Shown here one piece after another: positions 49,961-64,000 of a stretch of 64,000 bases of DNA. Where the stretch lies: NCBI GenBank assembly GCA_951406725.2, contig OX597824.1, positions 37,510,001-37,574,000 of the forward strand, read 5' to 3'. The DNA comes from Octopus vulgaris. Its lineage: Eukaryota. The notes under the pieces were generated by a model, which searched no databases, had not been told where the DNA came from, and saw only the letters and a list, made by a program, of their open reading frames with translations. The translations under genes were made by a program, and so were the position numbers. Each line of letters starts with the position of its first letter. The stretch's first letter is position 1.

Positions 49961-52900
49961 TACTTTTGTTAAACACATATTAATTGCACCTTCCATTTTG
50001 CCCTTGCTTTTCCAAGGGTCTCATCAATCAATTTATTCCCTCACACTCGCACAAGCTTCCACCTCCTCATATGCATGCTTTCCTAACGACTACTCACACA
50101 TACTCACGCATCAACAACCTTACTAACAAAAGGCATTATATTTCCACACTTTCACACCTCTTTACACATACATACATCACAAATAAACGCCCATAAACGT
50201 ACACCGCTTACAGATACAGATATTCCCTTATACCTGCATCACACACCTGCCTTCTTTTCCCTTCTTAATCCCTTAGATAACAGAATTTACACCTGGTTTA
50301 TCAACCTTCGATCATTTTTTCTTCTTTTTCATACTCTTCCTATGCTGTTCTCTTTTTCTGATGAATGATTAACTCCGAAACGTTAAGTCATTTTCCCTTC
50401 CCATTAAGGCATTAATCAAATACTTTATTTGCCACACTATGTGTTACATGATTATTGTATTTACAATAATTACATGATTATTGTCATGATTATTGTATTT
50501 ACACTATACATGTAACACTTACGCAACTTTCTCTGGATTCAGCCACGGAACTCCAAATTTGCCCGCAACATTACATTACCGTCCGAATCTTTTTCTACAT
50601 TCATTTACTGCTCTTTACACTCCACTAATATCTTCCTACAACCTCCCCACCCTATTCTCTTCTTTCTCATCTCTTTTATCTCTTTCTTTCCCTTTGATTT
50701 TTCCTTCTCTTCTTCCCATTTTTCTTATTTTCTTTGCCCTTGGTTTGATGTGTTAGAGTGGAGAGGGGACGAGGTGTAGCAGGGGGTGGAAATCAATATA
50801 ATAAGGAGAAAAGATATGAAAGAGAAGACAGCAGGGAAAAGGGTTGGGACAAACAAGGGCAAAGAAAAATGGGAAGAAGAAAAGGAAGAGATCAAAGGGA
50901 AGAAAGTGATAAAAGAGAAGAGAAAGAAGAGAAAAGGGTAGGGTGGTGGTAGGAAGATATTAGGGAGCGGCAAGAAATAACCTAACATTCCTCGCCCCTC
51001 CCTAATTCCTGCTTCAAACCAATACTTTCACCCCGCTCATCTCCTTTTTTCCGTTCCTCAGCTACATTCCCATCACTCGATGTTGCCGCCTATTCTTTCC
51101 ACACCTCCCTCCATTTCATCTCTCACACCTCCCATATATTCCTTCATTTTTCTCAATATCAACCATTCCATCCTCACCATCTCCCCCTTCTCCATCTCTT
51201 CCAATCCTACCTTGACTCTCCCTCCTCCACTCCTCACCACATGTCATCTCTTACTCCCAGTTCCTTCGTCTCTGCCTCCTCTGCAGGCGCAATTGTGACT
51301 TCAAGACCCGGCCTTAACACATGTCCCGTTTATTCATTCGACCTTTTTACCCATCCACCCTTATCCAAGCTACCCTTTCTCGTACCTGCATCAGTGGTTG
51401 TTCCTTAGCCCTTATACCCCGCACCCAGAACCCAATACGTCGCATTTCCTTTGTCCCTTACCACCCTACGCGCTATTTTCCGCCTCCTACGCTGCCACCA
51501 CTTACCCTGCCATCTGTCTTTATTTTCCTTCATCACCCATTCTTTCACAGCTTCTCCTTCCCCGTACGCGATTCCTCTCATTCCCCATATTCATTTCTCC
51601 CCTTCCCATCCCCATTCCCGTTTCCACATCTATCCCTTTCTTTAAGACGACCACCACCAACCAAGCAATGTACCACATCCGTTATTCGGAGATCAGAGCC
51701 GCACCAGCTTTAATATTTCATTGTGTATGTTTTAATGTTATTTGATATTCAAAACTCTTCGACTGCGTATTTACCGCAAAAATGACGTCAAACTTTATTC
51801 AGTACAAAAATAGTGAAATACTTCAACACAAAACAATTTATCCGTATACTATTGAAAAAAGTGTCTCCATAATTTCCGAATAATCGGATAGTTTGCCGTT
51901 TGTAACGTGTCTGCGGAACAATCCGATAACTTACGACATTTGGTATTCAGATTCTCTCCAGTCGGAATGTAATACAGCGATGCAGGGAAATGTTTTACTT
52001 TACGATAAAGAAAGATAATTGTTTCTTTGCAAAGTGGAAATACGTTTACACTTCGTTCTTTTATAGACGCAAGGAAATAATGTGCAACTAAATAAATATA
52101 TAAATAAATCAATAGGGGGTAGCAAATATAAATCAAAAGCAAAAATTTTGCTGGAGAGAAGAGTGTCGTTCAGAGTAGTGAATAGAAATGATATAAAGCA
52201 GTCACGGGCCAACTGCGGCCCGTCTGGCTTTCTGAACGGCACTCCGAATTTCATGAGAAAATAACGTATTTTAAAATCCGTTATGTGCAATAGAAGCAGC
52301 ATTAAATCGAAATAGCCATCTGGGTATCACACTTAATCTAAATACATCATTGAAAGGCAAATATACTGTGATATTTGTTTGGAGATAACAACTTATGAGT
52401 GTGCTATGTTTAAAAATATTTGATAATGGAAGGCAAGGTTTGTGACATCGGAGGAATATCATCTCCTTCCATCATTCTTTTGGTTCTTTATGCAGTTCAG
52501 GCTTTCGGCAGGCGAAGAGAAAAGACTTCAAGTACAACTGGTTTATTTACAGGAAAGGTGAAGTGTGATGCTTTCAGCTACCATCTTAAGCTCCGATAGT
52601 GTGGGCGCATTGCCTCTGGAGATAGACAGGCAGAAAACCACAGCCAGTGGTGTCGTTCAGCCAGTGCTGCTGTGTAGTGGCGCCGAAGAAGAGAAATCTG
52701 AAGAAGGTTTTCCCTTTATATAATTTTCTCCATCGCGAGCCTCGTTGTGATCTCGCGCATGGCAAATGGATGCAGGTGAGGTCTCGCTCCAGTTTCAGAG
52801 ATGGCAATGGCTGCCGCGAGATCTCATCCAATGTGGCGCTGGCTGCCTCTGCCGCTATAAATATATATCGGAGGGAGAAGAAAATTGTCCCAGCTACGGT

Positions 52901-53759
52901 TGGCGAGAACGCCAGAGCATTGACGCACGCTTACTGTCAACTACAAATCATTCAACGGTCTATTGACATACTTATGATAATACGTTTTTTTTCTGTATTT
53001 TGAGAAAACTCCTTATCTCAATCGAAATATTCTCACAGTGACATCAAGTGACATAATACCAATATCCTGACTACAGGACTAAAGAATACCTAAACTAGTT
53101 GTTCCAATTCCATGACATATCCTCACTCAAAGTTGTACACACAGCAAGAAATAAGCAAAACGCTGCAAATGCACATCAGTTTTACAGAATTGTGTTTAAG
53201 ATGGCTGATTTAAGCTGTTCAGAGTCAAATATCTTGATTACCACAAGATAATTATAAGTTCTGACGGGTAGGATACGAACTACTGACTCTTCTATCGGCA
53301 AGCAAAACATATCAGCATGACAAATAACAATATCTAAACAGAATGTCCTAAAGTACGTTAAATTATTCGATAATCAACGTTGTAAGTTAACTTGAATGAA
53401 GAAAATTTCACCATTATTCAAAACAAATAAAGATCTGCTTTTATCGAATTTTCAGGGGATAAAAATTAAAGTAAAAATTCCTTCACCTGGATAAAAATTC
53501 TTGAGAATGTTAATGAATGAACTTATTGAAAACACCAGCAGTAATTGTATTCACCTCAATAGACGTCATTGATTGGTTGAAATTGCCGAAATTCGAGAAA
53601 TTAAACAAGAAATAGCTTACAAACTACAGAATTTTCTCCAGAACGCTAAGAGAAAAAGATGTTCTATGTGACACATTCTACCAGTATACGAAGTTTAAAA
53701 GTGTTTAGATACAAAGAAATTATTTTTAAAATCTGCCGGTCAAAGTGAAAAGATCCGTT

Positions 53760-54110
53760 TTTATTGACAATGGGAGCCGACGTCTGTGAGGAACTGAGAT
53801 GTCGCTGTACTAGGCCGATCGACTTCACAGGCCTTCATGGGTTGTCTTGCCGTCTGGTCGTTTCGCTAGTCACACCGAGCTAAACCTAATCATTAAGCGG
53901 GACCTGGCTCGGGGCATTATCCACTCAGTTCTGGAACGGACGGGATTATCCAAAAGTGATGGAAAGAGACCAGATGGTCTTACTCTCTGTCCCTGGTTAA
54001 GAGGTAGCCTCGTTATCACCCGCGGCAATGCCGCGAGAGAGTTGGCTTGCTTCAGTAGGTTCCGCTGAACCTAATGGTGTGCGACCAACTGATGTGCTTT
54101 GAGTTGAATT
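53760..54110 (+). mobile_element. CRE-like non-LTR fragment (RLE, internally deleted)
   Basis: RFASHTELNLIIKR...DGKRPDGLTLCPW; homologous to 22730-23520. Confidence 0.65.
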
Positions 54111-54226
54111 GATGTTTCTTATTACTTCTTCTTTGTTCCTCTTTTTCTTCTTTTTCTTTCTTTCTTCGTTCATGTTTGTGTTTTCTTCGGTTTTGAATTT
54201 GTATTAAATATTTATCATATTATCGT

Positions 54227-54299
<73 letters not shown>

Positions 54300-54617
54300 T
54301 TAAATTCAAATCTTAATGTTCATGAAATATTTCTAAGTAGACAAAATCAAATTTTAAGAATATGTTAAAAAACATAAAACACTTGCACACATACGCACAC
54401 ACACAACTTTTACCCACCTCATAAAAGCTCCATAACTTGTCTCAGAATACAAGTAATTGCATAAATGTCGAACTCACTCACTCACTATTTAGTTCCTATT
54501 CTGTAAGTATCCTCGTGTGTACGTATACATACATACATACATGCATACATACATTCATTCATACATACATACATACATACATACATACATACATACATAC
54601 ATACATACATACATACA

Positions 54618-54998
54618 TGTGGAGGCGCAATGGCCCAGTGGTTAGGGCAGCGGACTCGCGGTCATAGGATCGCGTTTCCGATTCCCAGACCGGGCGTTGT
54701 GAGTGTTTATTGAGCGAAAACACATCCACGAGGCTCCGGCAGGGGATGGTGGTGATCCCTGCTGTACTCTTTCACCACAACTTTCTCTCACTCTTACTTC
54801 CTGTTTCTGTTGTACCTGTATTTCAAAGGGCCGGCCTTGTCACTCTCTGTGTCAAGCTGAATATCCCCGAGAACTACGTTAAGGGTACACGTGTCTGTGG
54901 AGTGCTCAGCCACTTACACGTTAATTTCACGAGCAGGCTGTTCCGTTGATTCGGATCAACCGGAACCCTCGTCGTCGTAACCGATGGAGTGCTTCCCA
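54618..54998 (+). mobile_element. SINE family C inserted in (CATA)n
   Basis: Near-identical to 37299-37686. Confidence 0.9.
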
Positions 54999-55037
54999 TA
55001 CATACATACATACATACATACATACATACATAGACAT

Positions 55038-55119
<82 letters not shown>

Positions 55120-55480
55120 ATTTACATATATCTCCCTCTCCATATATATATATAAAAGAATTTCAAAACGCATGAATACGCAGACAAACGCATCTAGTTA
55201 TTCATTCCACACACAAATACACGTACACTTCGAAACATTTAAACGCTATCAGCAGAGAACAGGGATAAATTGGGTAACATGTTTAACTTAGATACTTATT
55301 GGTTTTCGTACTTTTAAGAATGGCACGTATAAATGTTGCCCGTATGAATATTTACTTAAATCTATCACACATGCATAGAGAAAAATATATAAATATCTAC
55401 ACACATCAATATTTACATATCTCTTTTTATTGCTATATTTATATTCAAAATATTAGAAATACACACCAACAGACAACAAG

Positions 55481-55506
55481 CATACGTACGTACATACATA
55501 CATACA

Positions 55507-55539
<33 letters not shown>

Positions 55540-55642
55540 GCATATATACAAACATACATACATATATACATACATATACACACACATACATACGTACATA
55601 CATAAACTCATACATACATATATACATACATACATACATACA

Positions 55643-55675
<33 letters not shown>

Positions 55676-56150
55676 GCATACATACATACAAACATACATA
55701 CATGTATACATACATATACACACATACATACGTACATACATACATACATACATATATATGCATACATGCATACATACATACATACATACATACATACATA
55801 CATACATACATACTTATATACATACATACATACGTACATATATACATATATACATACATACATACTTACATACATACATACGTACATACTTACATACATG
55901 CATACATACATACATATATACTTACATATATACATACATACATACATACATAAACTCATACATACATACATACATACATACATACATACATACATACATA
56001 CTTACATACATACATACATATATATACATTCATACATACATAATACATACTTCATACATACATAATACATACATACATACATACATACATACATGAACTC
56101 ATACATACATACATACATACATACATACATACATACATACATACATACAT
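55481..56150. repeat. Degenerate (CATA)n satellite
   Basis: Directly visible; source of the spurious HTYI/MYVC ORFs. Confidence 0.95.
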
Positions 56151-57701
56151 GTATGCATGTTTAAGTGTGTAGTATTGTATGTGCGTGATTACAATATATT
56201 CAAACAAAGTTGGAAAGCATTGTGAATACAAAAACTAATAAAACTACCATCAAACTGCAACAGAAATAATATTCTTTGTAAATATATAAATATAATTTTA
56301 TTTCAAATTTATTTATTCATGAATGCAGAACTTCAATAAGTTAATAGAAGAGGCACAGAAAAAGCCAAAGATGCGAGAAAACAACTGGAAACTGGAATGA
56401 TGGTTGGTCCTAAGAATTCAAATGACTCTTATTTACTGATAAATCGATCAATAGAAGTAAAGACATTTTGAATGAAAATCATTTTTCATGATTCTTAAGA
56501 ATTCGCACATCTCCTGTATTCATTATAATACGGATACCGAAGTTGGTTCTATGGAATTTTTTTTTATGGAATTTGTATTAATGCAACAATTGAAATTCAT
56601 AATCCGGCAAACAATTGACTCCCTGGAAATATGTTTAAAAAATGGCGTCTGATAGTAAAAATATTAAATTATACGACATAGCAAAGAAAAAATAAAAAAT
56701 TTACTGACGTTAGTGAAAATGAAGATCAATATTTGTGAGGAGGTGGAATGTATGTCGTTTAGTGAAACATTAATAATAATAATATGTAGCTTCCACCATC
56801 GCCTGATATTTAGCTTTATATCGACAATCAATTTGCTTAACCGATGTCCAGCAGGAACAGTAGTGTTGCACCAAGTTTTAATGGCAAACAATAGGCGGCC
56901 GAAGACGCATTTATGATTACTAAAAGTTAATATATACTCCTTGCACTTTGTTAATAGGATTCTCTTTTCTAGAAGAAAATGTCTCGACAATAAGCAAGAT
57001 TAAGAAACACTCGTTTTACTTCTTGAAGAGAACTTTTCAAAATTCTAAAAGTAAGACAGTTTGGTTCACTAAGATTATTCACGCACCCAGTAGACAAAAA
57101 TCTTACTCTTTGTGGTATTTAAAATCTAAAAACAAGCAGGGAACATAACTCGAATAATATCAGTTAAATGAAATTTCTGGAAAATAAAAATGGTTCGGAT
57201 TAAAAAGATCTTACTTTTAAAGACGAATAGTTATAGCAACAGATATGCTTCGGTTTTATTACACCTTCTCAGTAAAACCAATTCATTCCGGTGTGTAATG
57301 CATAGTGTCGAAACATTTAATTTAGCAGAGATATAATCTCAAGTTATTAGTTGACAAAAATTTATGGCAGAAGTTGTTAGGTCGTTGGACTGGCCAAAGC
57401 CATACAGTGTTGGTTACGTCTCTTTATGATCTGAAATCAGGATCTGCAAAGATCGACATTACATTTCATAAAGTAAATATCAGTCTGAATGTAAGAATGA
57501 ATTTTATTATAAAAGGGGAGAAATCTGTGTATAGTTTTGCTGTGGAAGTTGGCATGGAATATGAAGAATACGCAGCAAGTAATCAAATTTTACAAAAATA
57601 CTAAGAGAGTATAAAAATTGGACGTGAAGATAAGCTTCTTGTTAAACTCAAAGAACTCATTTAAAGAAAACCAGCATGGTAGTAAATATAAAATACAATT
57701 G

Positions 57702-57752
<51 letters not shown>

Positions 57753-57839
57753 CATACATGTCAGATACATGTGAACTGATACATACACATGAAAAAGTCA
57801 GACATGCTAACAAGACTAAAAAGCCTAACAGAAAGTGGA

Positions 57840-58030
57840 AATCCCCGAAAGAAAGATTGTTGGATTAGTCTGTCAAGGACGGTTAGGACTTAGCAACTCC
57901 AGCACCAAGAAGTGGAGCAATTCCAATGTCAGGAGCAAGAGAAGGCTCATGGCACAGAGAGTCTGAGAAGCAACAGAGGACGATTGCTGTGTAGAAGCAG
58001 TACAGCTTACCTGCTAAGGACAGAAGGCAC
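57840..58030. repeat. Unclassified dispersed repeat (diverged copy at about 15730-15915)
   Basis: Shared CCAAGAAGTGGAGCAAT...GCAAGAGA...ACAGAGAGTCTGAGA...AACAGAG. Confidence 0.55.
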
Positions 58031-58896
58031 GGCGGGACCAAATGCTCGAACAACTTCTGTCTTAATGGAAACTTTGGAGTCCTAACTCAGAAAATTTGTT
58101 CTTCATCCCGTGCGCTGTCGTTGACCTTTTACCCCTAAATAACTTTAAAATTTGAGGCAGAGAAGTTGATTCATCCTGCAAACAGTGTGGGGAAACACTT
58201 TCCGCTCTGAACTCTATTTTGACTGGGATGTCTTATAGAAGACCGATACAAGTGGGGATACGAGAAGATCCTTACAGAATTTGCTAAATGGACGGACTTG
58301 CAGAGTTAAGGTTAAGAAACAGTAGCCCCACTGCCTACTTAGGTATCAGATGCCTAAGGGAACATGATAAGGCTCCAAAGAAAAAGTGCAGTTGTGGGAA
58401 ATCCGTTAAATCTGAAAGTTAGACTCATCTTTCCAGAAGAAGGGTCAGTAGTACTGCTCCGCCAGACATGCTTCTTCTCTCCAGAGTCACAAAACTGACC
58501 GTAGGGGCTGAACTCACAATGTTCTGCGAGAACAGCTTCATATTTCTCACCGGTTGAAGAAAACAAATTACCAGGACTTGATTGGTGAGTTTTTTGTCAA
58601 AAGGGGTGGCGTGCAGCCTCATTCCCCATTGAAATTGGTTACCACAGTTTCTCAAGTATACTAGCAAGCCATTCTTGTAAAAGACTAACTAGACTAGTAT
58701 GGAACCAAAAACCACTAGAGATAGTCGTGCCAGATGCTGAGACAAGATATGTTACCTGTGGTTGACAAGAGACTACAGAGGAGACCCTTCTATTGGCGAA
58801 AGCTATTTCAGTTCTCAGCCGAAGTATACATGCTAAGGAGTGAAACGCTTGTTGTGTTGAGATACTTGCTGAATATACAAAAGGGTTCCAAAATAT

Positions 58897-59065
58897 TGGT
58901 TTCAAATTTTGGCACAAAGCCAGCAATTTCAGAGGAGGAGCTAAGCCGAAAAAATGAATGTCAAAGTCGACCCCAGCGGAACTTGAACTCAGAACCTAAA
59001 GAGAGACGAAATGCCGCTAAGTATTTTGTCCGGCGTGCTAACGATTCTGCCAGCTCACTGCTTTA
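58897..59065 (-). mobile_element. SINE family B, internally deleted
   Basis: Head and tail motifs of family B. Confidence 0.7.
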
Positions 59066-59347
59066 AGGGTTCCATATATTAAGATAAAGAAGGATTCCAA
59101 ATATTATGATAGCTTTAGTGACTGTATTGAGAAGAACTTGCAACATGTGTAAGTAGCTCCAAGAGTTCTGCTTAAATACAATTAAGAATGCATAACCAAT
59201 ACCAATACCAAGCTGACTAATTTTGCACTCATTTGTCTGAATTTTTTTTTGATAAATAAGACCGTTGTCAAAAATGCAGATTCCCTAGCTTCGACACTTC
59301 CACGTTTATCTTCAAACAGGAGTAGGTTTTGTAGCTATGGCAATCTA

Positions 59348-59424
<77 letters not shown>

Positions 59425-61066
59425 GCACACACACGCACACACACACATACACTCACACTCACACTCACTCACACACACACACACACATACACACACTCAC
59501 ACACGCACGCACGCACGCACACAGACGCGTCAATATTCTACCAAATATATTTCAGTCCTATTTCTAGAAGAGACTGCAGTAGACAATAGTATTCCCGAAT
59601 TTGTTCCTCTTCATTCGTTATTGGATTTACGTCTCCGTCTTGTATTGAGTACCTTTTAATCATTGTTGATTGTGTGGACATCTGTACAATTAATTTTATT
59701 ATACTTTCTTTAATCTATATCCATATTAAAGAATGGTGTTAGATTATCGGCTCGTCTGTATAGTCTACATGTCTTTTCCACCTTGAATACGTTACGCAGA
59801 AGTAAATAGATTAAGCTACAGAGAAAGAGTTGCCTTGAGCAAAATAGCTGTGATCATTCTCATAGAATTTCAAAAGATTCTTGATGAAGAATCATCTCAA
59901 TAACCGCATGGAAAATAAAAGAAAAACAAAAAAATCATATGTCTGAAAAAAAAAAATTGTTTATTCCTGGTTAATTTTTTCCAGTTGCTGTCTACAGAAG
60001 CGTAAATCTGCAGCCATGTTTGTTGAAAGGCCATTCTATTATGTCTCTATATTCACCACGTATAATGAAGTTATTATTCAAAATAGGACTAAACCATTTG
60101 TGAAACTATTGAAAATATTTCTTTGATGAATAAACAAGGAAAGTGCGAATATGTACAAGATTAGCTGATTAGACTCGAGTAAAAGGAATGATTTAATTGC
60201 ATATTAAAAATAGCTGGTGGCCATTTTTATCAGGAAGACGTAAGGCATATCCAGGGTTTCGCATTTCTTTTATGACCGACTATAAATTATTGACAAATAT
60301 ATATATCTCACTATCATAGATATATTGGATGCATCAATATTTTAGATTAAAAGTTCTATTCAACTGCGAAGATTAAGTGATTTCGTCTTGAGCTATAAGA
60401 TGAATTCGTTATTTAATGATTTATTTCCCAGCAACAATCAATTCGTATGACGCTAAATTTATCATGGTTCGAGGAGTTTCGATAAAATTTATTCCTAGCT
60501 TACAAACAAACTTAATCATTTATTTGATGTTTTCTAAAATATTTTGGTCAATAATATTCTATACTATTATTAGACGAATTGATTTTTCATCGCAGATGTT
60601 CAACGGAGCGTCTCCAAGACCTTTTCTCAATCATCTGCTTGCACTCCTTTTTTTTTTTCTAGATTTCTTTCTGATTTTGTTCCCCACAAAAAATATCAGT
60701 GAATAAAAGAAGGATTTTTTCAGTGTCTTGCTTACTTTGACATTCAAGTGTAACATTTACTTCATGGAGAAATAGATTATTTTTATTTATAGTCGTTATT
60801 GCAAATTTATTTTCATATGCTCATTATGTAATATCTTCAAATTTATGATAGCAGCAGCAAATAAATAGAACTAGTCATAGAGTGCAATTAAATACGAAAA
60901 TCATTCTGGAAACAGTTGGATGATGTGTATCGTGATGTCATTTTTTTTCTCAGGAAATAAAGTCAGTTAATCTAAACAGTTTCGTGATGTAAAGAGTATT
61001 GTTTAAGTTGAACATGTTTTACTGATGCGATAGCTTTGGGCTTCCATAATTTTTGACTCTTAAATT

Positions 61067-61186
61067 AAGAAGAAGTGAAAATTCATCCAGTGCCAGTGTC
61101 AAACAACAACAAGAATTCCAATGAGATACATTCCAAAACTAACATACAACAACACAACTACCTCAAAACATGTATTGATATCCACA
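61067..61186 (+). repeat. 120-bp direct repeat, second copy at 63881-64000 (runs off the window)
   Basis: AAGAAGAAGTGAAAATTCATCCAGTGCC...GATATCCACA, about 2 mismatches. Confidence 0.9.
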
Positions 61187-62045
61187 TTGTCTTTTACTAA
61201 ACAAAGACTTTCCCCATAGTTATTCGCATATGACCGTATTTACATGCACATTCACACATACACACGCACTTACACTGACACACACACATACTCAAACACA
61301 CACACACACACAGACAAACAAGCAAATATATATACATAGATACGTACATACTCATGCATAAATACACAAGTGTGTGTGTGTGTGTGTGCGCGTATTTATC
61401 TGTCTACTTGTCTGTCTCTTCCTCTCCCTTTTTACACATACATACATACATACATACATACATACATACATACATACATACATACATACATACATACATA
61501 CATAGCTATCGTCGATGTATATCGGTGGAGGTTGCAAATCTTTCGTCGATGTATATCGGTGGAGGTTGCACATATCCGCGTAAAATCATAACTCTTCCAA
61601 AGAAGTTCTGTACACCAAGTTACAGACAGTGTCTTGTCACTCTCATCTCCCCAAAATGCAGTGAATCAGTATTTGGCTTGTTATACACATGTAACTAGCA
61701 ATAAGATAAATACTACTGATAAGCTCGCTGAAAGTATGAGGAAGCCACATGAACCAAGAAATTCCGGACTCGAAATTGCTCTCTACTTTTCCAGCTGATT
61801 TGGGCATTGTTCTTACTGAAGAACAATGGGGTTGACTTGCAATAGAACGTCCTTCACGTTAAATTCCTTACCTACCGGCACTCACCACCTGGTGCGTGAT
61901 AAATTTTAATGTAGTCGAGTAAGGGAGATTTCCAGAATTTCTGACTCTAAATTTACAACGTCGATTCAATATTTAAGTAAATGGAAAGGCCGCGACGAGG
62001 AGAAAATATTTCATTGGGAAAAGTAGACTCAGTAAAACGAAACAT

Positions 62046-62420
62046 AGGCGTAGGAGTGGCTGTGTGGAAAGTAGCTTGCTTACCAACCACATGGTTCCGG
62101 GTTCAGTCCCACTGCGTGACACCTTGGGCAAATGTCTTCTACTATAGCCTCGGGCCGACCAAGGCCTTGTGAGTGGATTTGGTAGACAGAAACTGAAAGA
62201 AGCCCGTCGTATATATGTATATATAGATATATGTATATGTGTGTGTATACGTTTATGTGTCTGTGTTTGCTCCCCCCCACATCGCTTGACAACCGATGCT
62301 GGTGTGTAACTTAGCGGTTCGACAAAAGAGACCGATAGAATAAGTACTTACAAAGGCTTACAAAGAATAAGTTCTGGGGTCAATTTGCTCGACAAATGAC
62401 TGAAACAAGTAAAAGAAAAG
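62046..62420 (+). mobile_element. SINE family A
   Basis: Full-length copy with small internal deletions. Confidence 0.85.
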
Positions 62421-62584
62421 GAAAGGAATAAAAGAAAGGAAATCTGGATAACTATCTGGATAACTCTCTCTCACTCTCTCTTTCTTTCTTTCTCTCTCTA
62501 TCTCTCACTCTCTCTATCACTAACCACATGTGAATCGTCGGCGATTCCCCCCCTCCCGTCTTCCTTTTCTATTAGACTTACCTC

Positions 62585-62620
62585 TATTTCTGAAGAAGAA
62601 CTTTGCTCGAAACGTAAAAC
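62585..62620 (+). ncRNA. Minimal Penelope-type hammerhead remnant within a pLTR-like repeat (about 62520-62720)
   Basis: uuu-CUGAAGA-a-GAAC uuu GCUC-GAAAC-GUA-aaa; stem II has one mismatch. Confidence 0.45.
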
Positions 62621-62764
62621 CACCTTTCTTTCCTTCCCTGAGCGTCTGCTAATACTTTACATGTACCACGTCCTCGTATTGTTGTTTTTTGTGTTTGTTC
62701 TTCGCTTTTTTGAGATTTACTATATATGTATATATATACACAGAGAGGGAGAGAGAGGTATTAC

Positions 62765-62836
<72 letters not shown>

Positions 62837-62887
62837 CTCTCTCTCTCTATCTATCTGTATATCTGTCTGTCTGTCTGTCTGTCTACA

Positions 62888-62945
<58 letters not shown>

Positions 62946-62946
<1 letters not shown>

Positions 62947-63317
62947 GAGCAAAACGGCCCCCCGTCCAATGGACAGTGCTGAGTTGTCAAACATTTAAAC
63001 CAGATTTTCTCAAAACAACTTGTCCGACCGTCCCATAGGCCTCCCCTTTGAGAAACACTGATTTAACCTAAATTTCAGACACCAGCAAAAGAAGAAATAA
63101 AGATAGACTTTTTTTTCTATTCCAAGAAAAACGATTTTACAAATGCACGTTCCCACGGCTTTATCGATCGCATTCTCACCTGGAAACGAGTTTTGTAATA
63201 CGAGTTTTGTAATACCGTCGGTATATACATATCAAATTTGAGCGCAATCGGATGGAGGATGCCCGAGATCCTAGAAGACACACACACAGACAGACAGAAC
63301 GGATTTTATATAATAGA
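62946..63317 (-). mobile_element. Non-autonomous Helitron-like element
   Basis: Minus-strand 5' TCTATTATATAAAATCCGTTCTGTCTGTCTGTG; 3' GC-rich end with a mutated CTAG (CTCG). Confidence 0.45.
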
Positions 63318-63532
63318 TATATATATACATATACGCATTCAATCACGCACTCTTATATTCTGGTATTTGCATTAGTTATTTACCACAGCCATGCTGGAGC
63401 ACCTACATGAACGGGTTTAGGCGATCATAATGACGCCAGTAGATATTTTGGAAGTCTGGTGCTGATTCCATTGATCTCTATTTTCACACCGGCTAGATAC
63501 GTGACGCATAGACTTTCCAAATAGTGTCAACG

Positions 63533-63611
<79 letters not shown>

Positions 63612-63616
63612 ACACA

Positions 63617-63660
<44 letters not shown>

Positions 63661-63789
63661 CTCTCTCTCTCTCACACATGCAAACATACACATACTCATA
63701 CATGCACACTCAGACATTTATATATATATATATAGGTCTGTGTGTGTGTTAGTGTGTGCGCGTATGTATAGAAAACAGAAGAAGAAAAA

Positions 63790-63890
<101 letters not shown>

Positions 63891-64000
63891 GAAAATTCAT
63901 CCAGTGCCAGTGTCAAACAACAACTAGAATTCCAATGAGATACATTCCAAAACTAACATACAACAGCACAACTACCTCAAAACATGTATTGATATCCACA

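Noticed and set aside
50490-51300. Low-complexity purine/pyrimidine-rich ORFs
   Set aside because: Compositional bias in decayed repeat sequence; no protein family signal
52441-53037. Solo LTR (TG...CA, more GC-rich, minus-strand AATAAA)
   Set aside because: No matching TSD or second copy in the window
55299-56096. Longest ORF in the track (265 aa, HTYI repeats) and similar YIYI/CVCV/poly-K ORFs
   Set aside because: Translations of stop-free microsatellites, not genes
56340-58900. Possible coding exons or TE ORFs
   Set aside because: No recognisable motifs or consistent splice and frame structure

Overview
AT-rich, repeat-dense animal genomic DNA. The SINE/LINE families and microsatellite load look like a coleoid cephalopod (Octopus-like); this is pattern recognition, not a database result. 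The only host gene I can support is the 5' part of a minus-strand, intron-split delta(3,5)-delta(2,4)-dienoyl-CoA isomerase (ECH1). Five coding exons (10159-9994, 6391-6303, 3050-2926, 1902-1789, 192-50) have GT-AG ends and join in frame; the gene continues off the left edge, and its first exon is uncertain (candidates near 18.46 kb and 22.1 kb). The rest is tRNA-derived SINEs, LINE 3' ends (RTE, CR1-like, R4/Dong, CRE-like), decayed mariner/Tc1 transposons, MITEs, Helitron-like ends, a Gypsy integrase relic, Penelope-like relics and microsatellites. Almost all ORFs in the supplied track are repeat artefacts. The most striking unexplained structure is a non-coding ~508-bp unit carrying a complete type I hammerhead ribozyme. 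It occurs as circularly permuted, head-to-head arms inserted into (TA)n tracts (30161-31350, with a partial copy at 25974-26257), which suggests a retrozyme-like circular-RNA element. Further hammerhead motifs, SINE multimers with one fixed junction, and a CpG-decay contrast between the ECH1 gene body and the upstream region also stand out.
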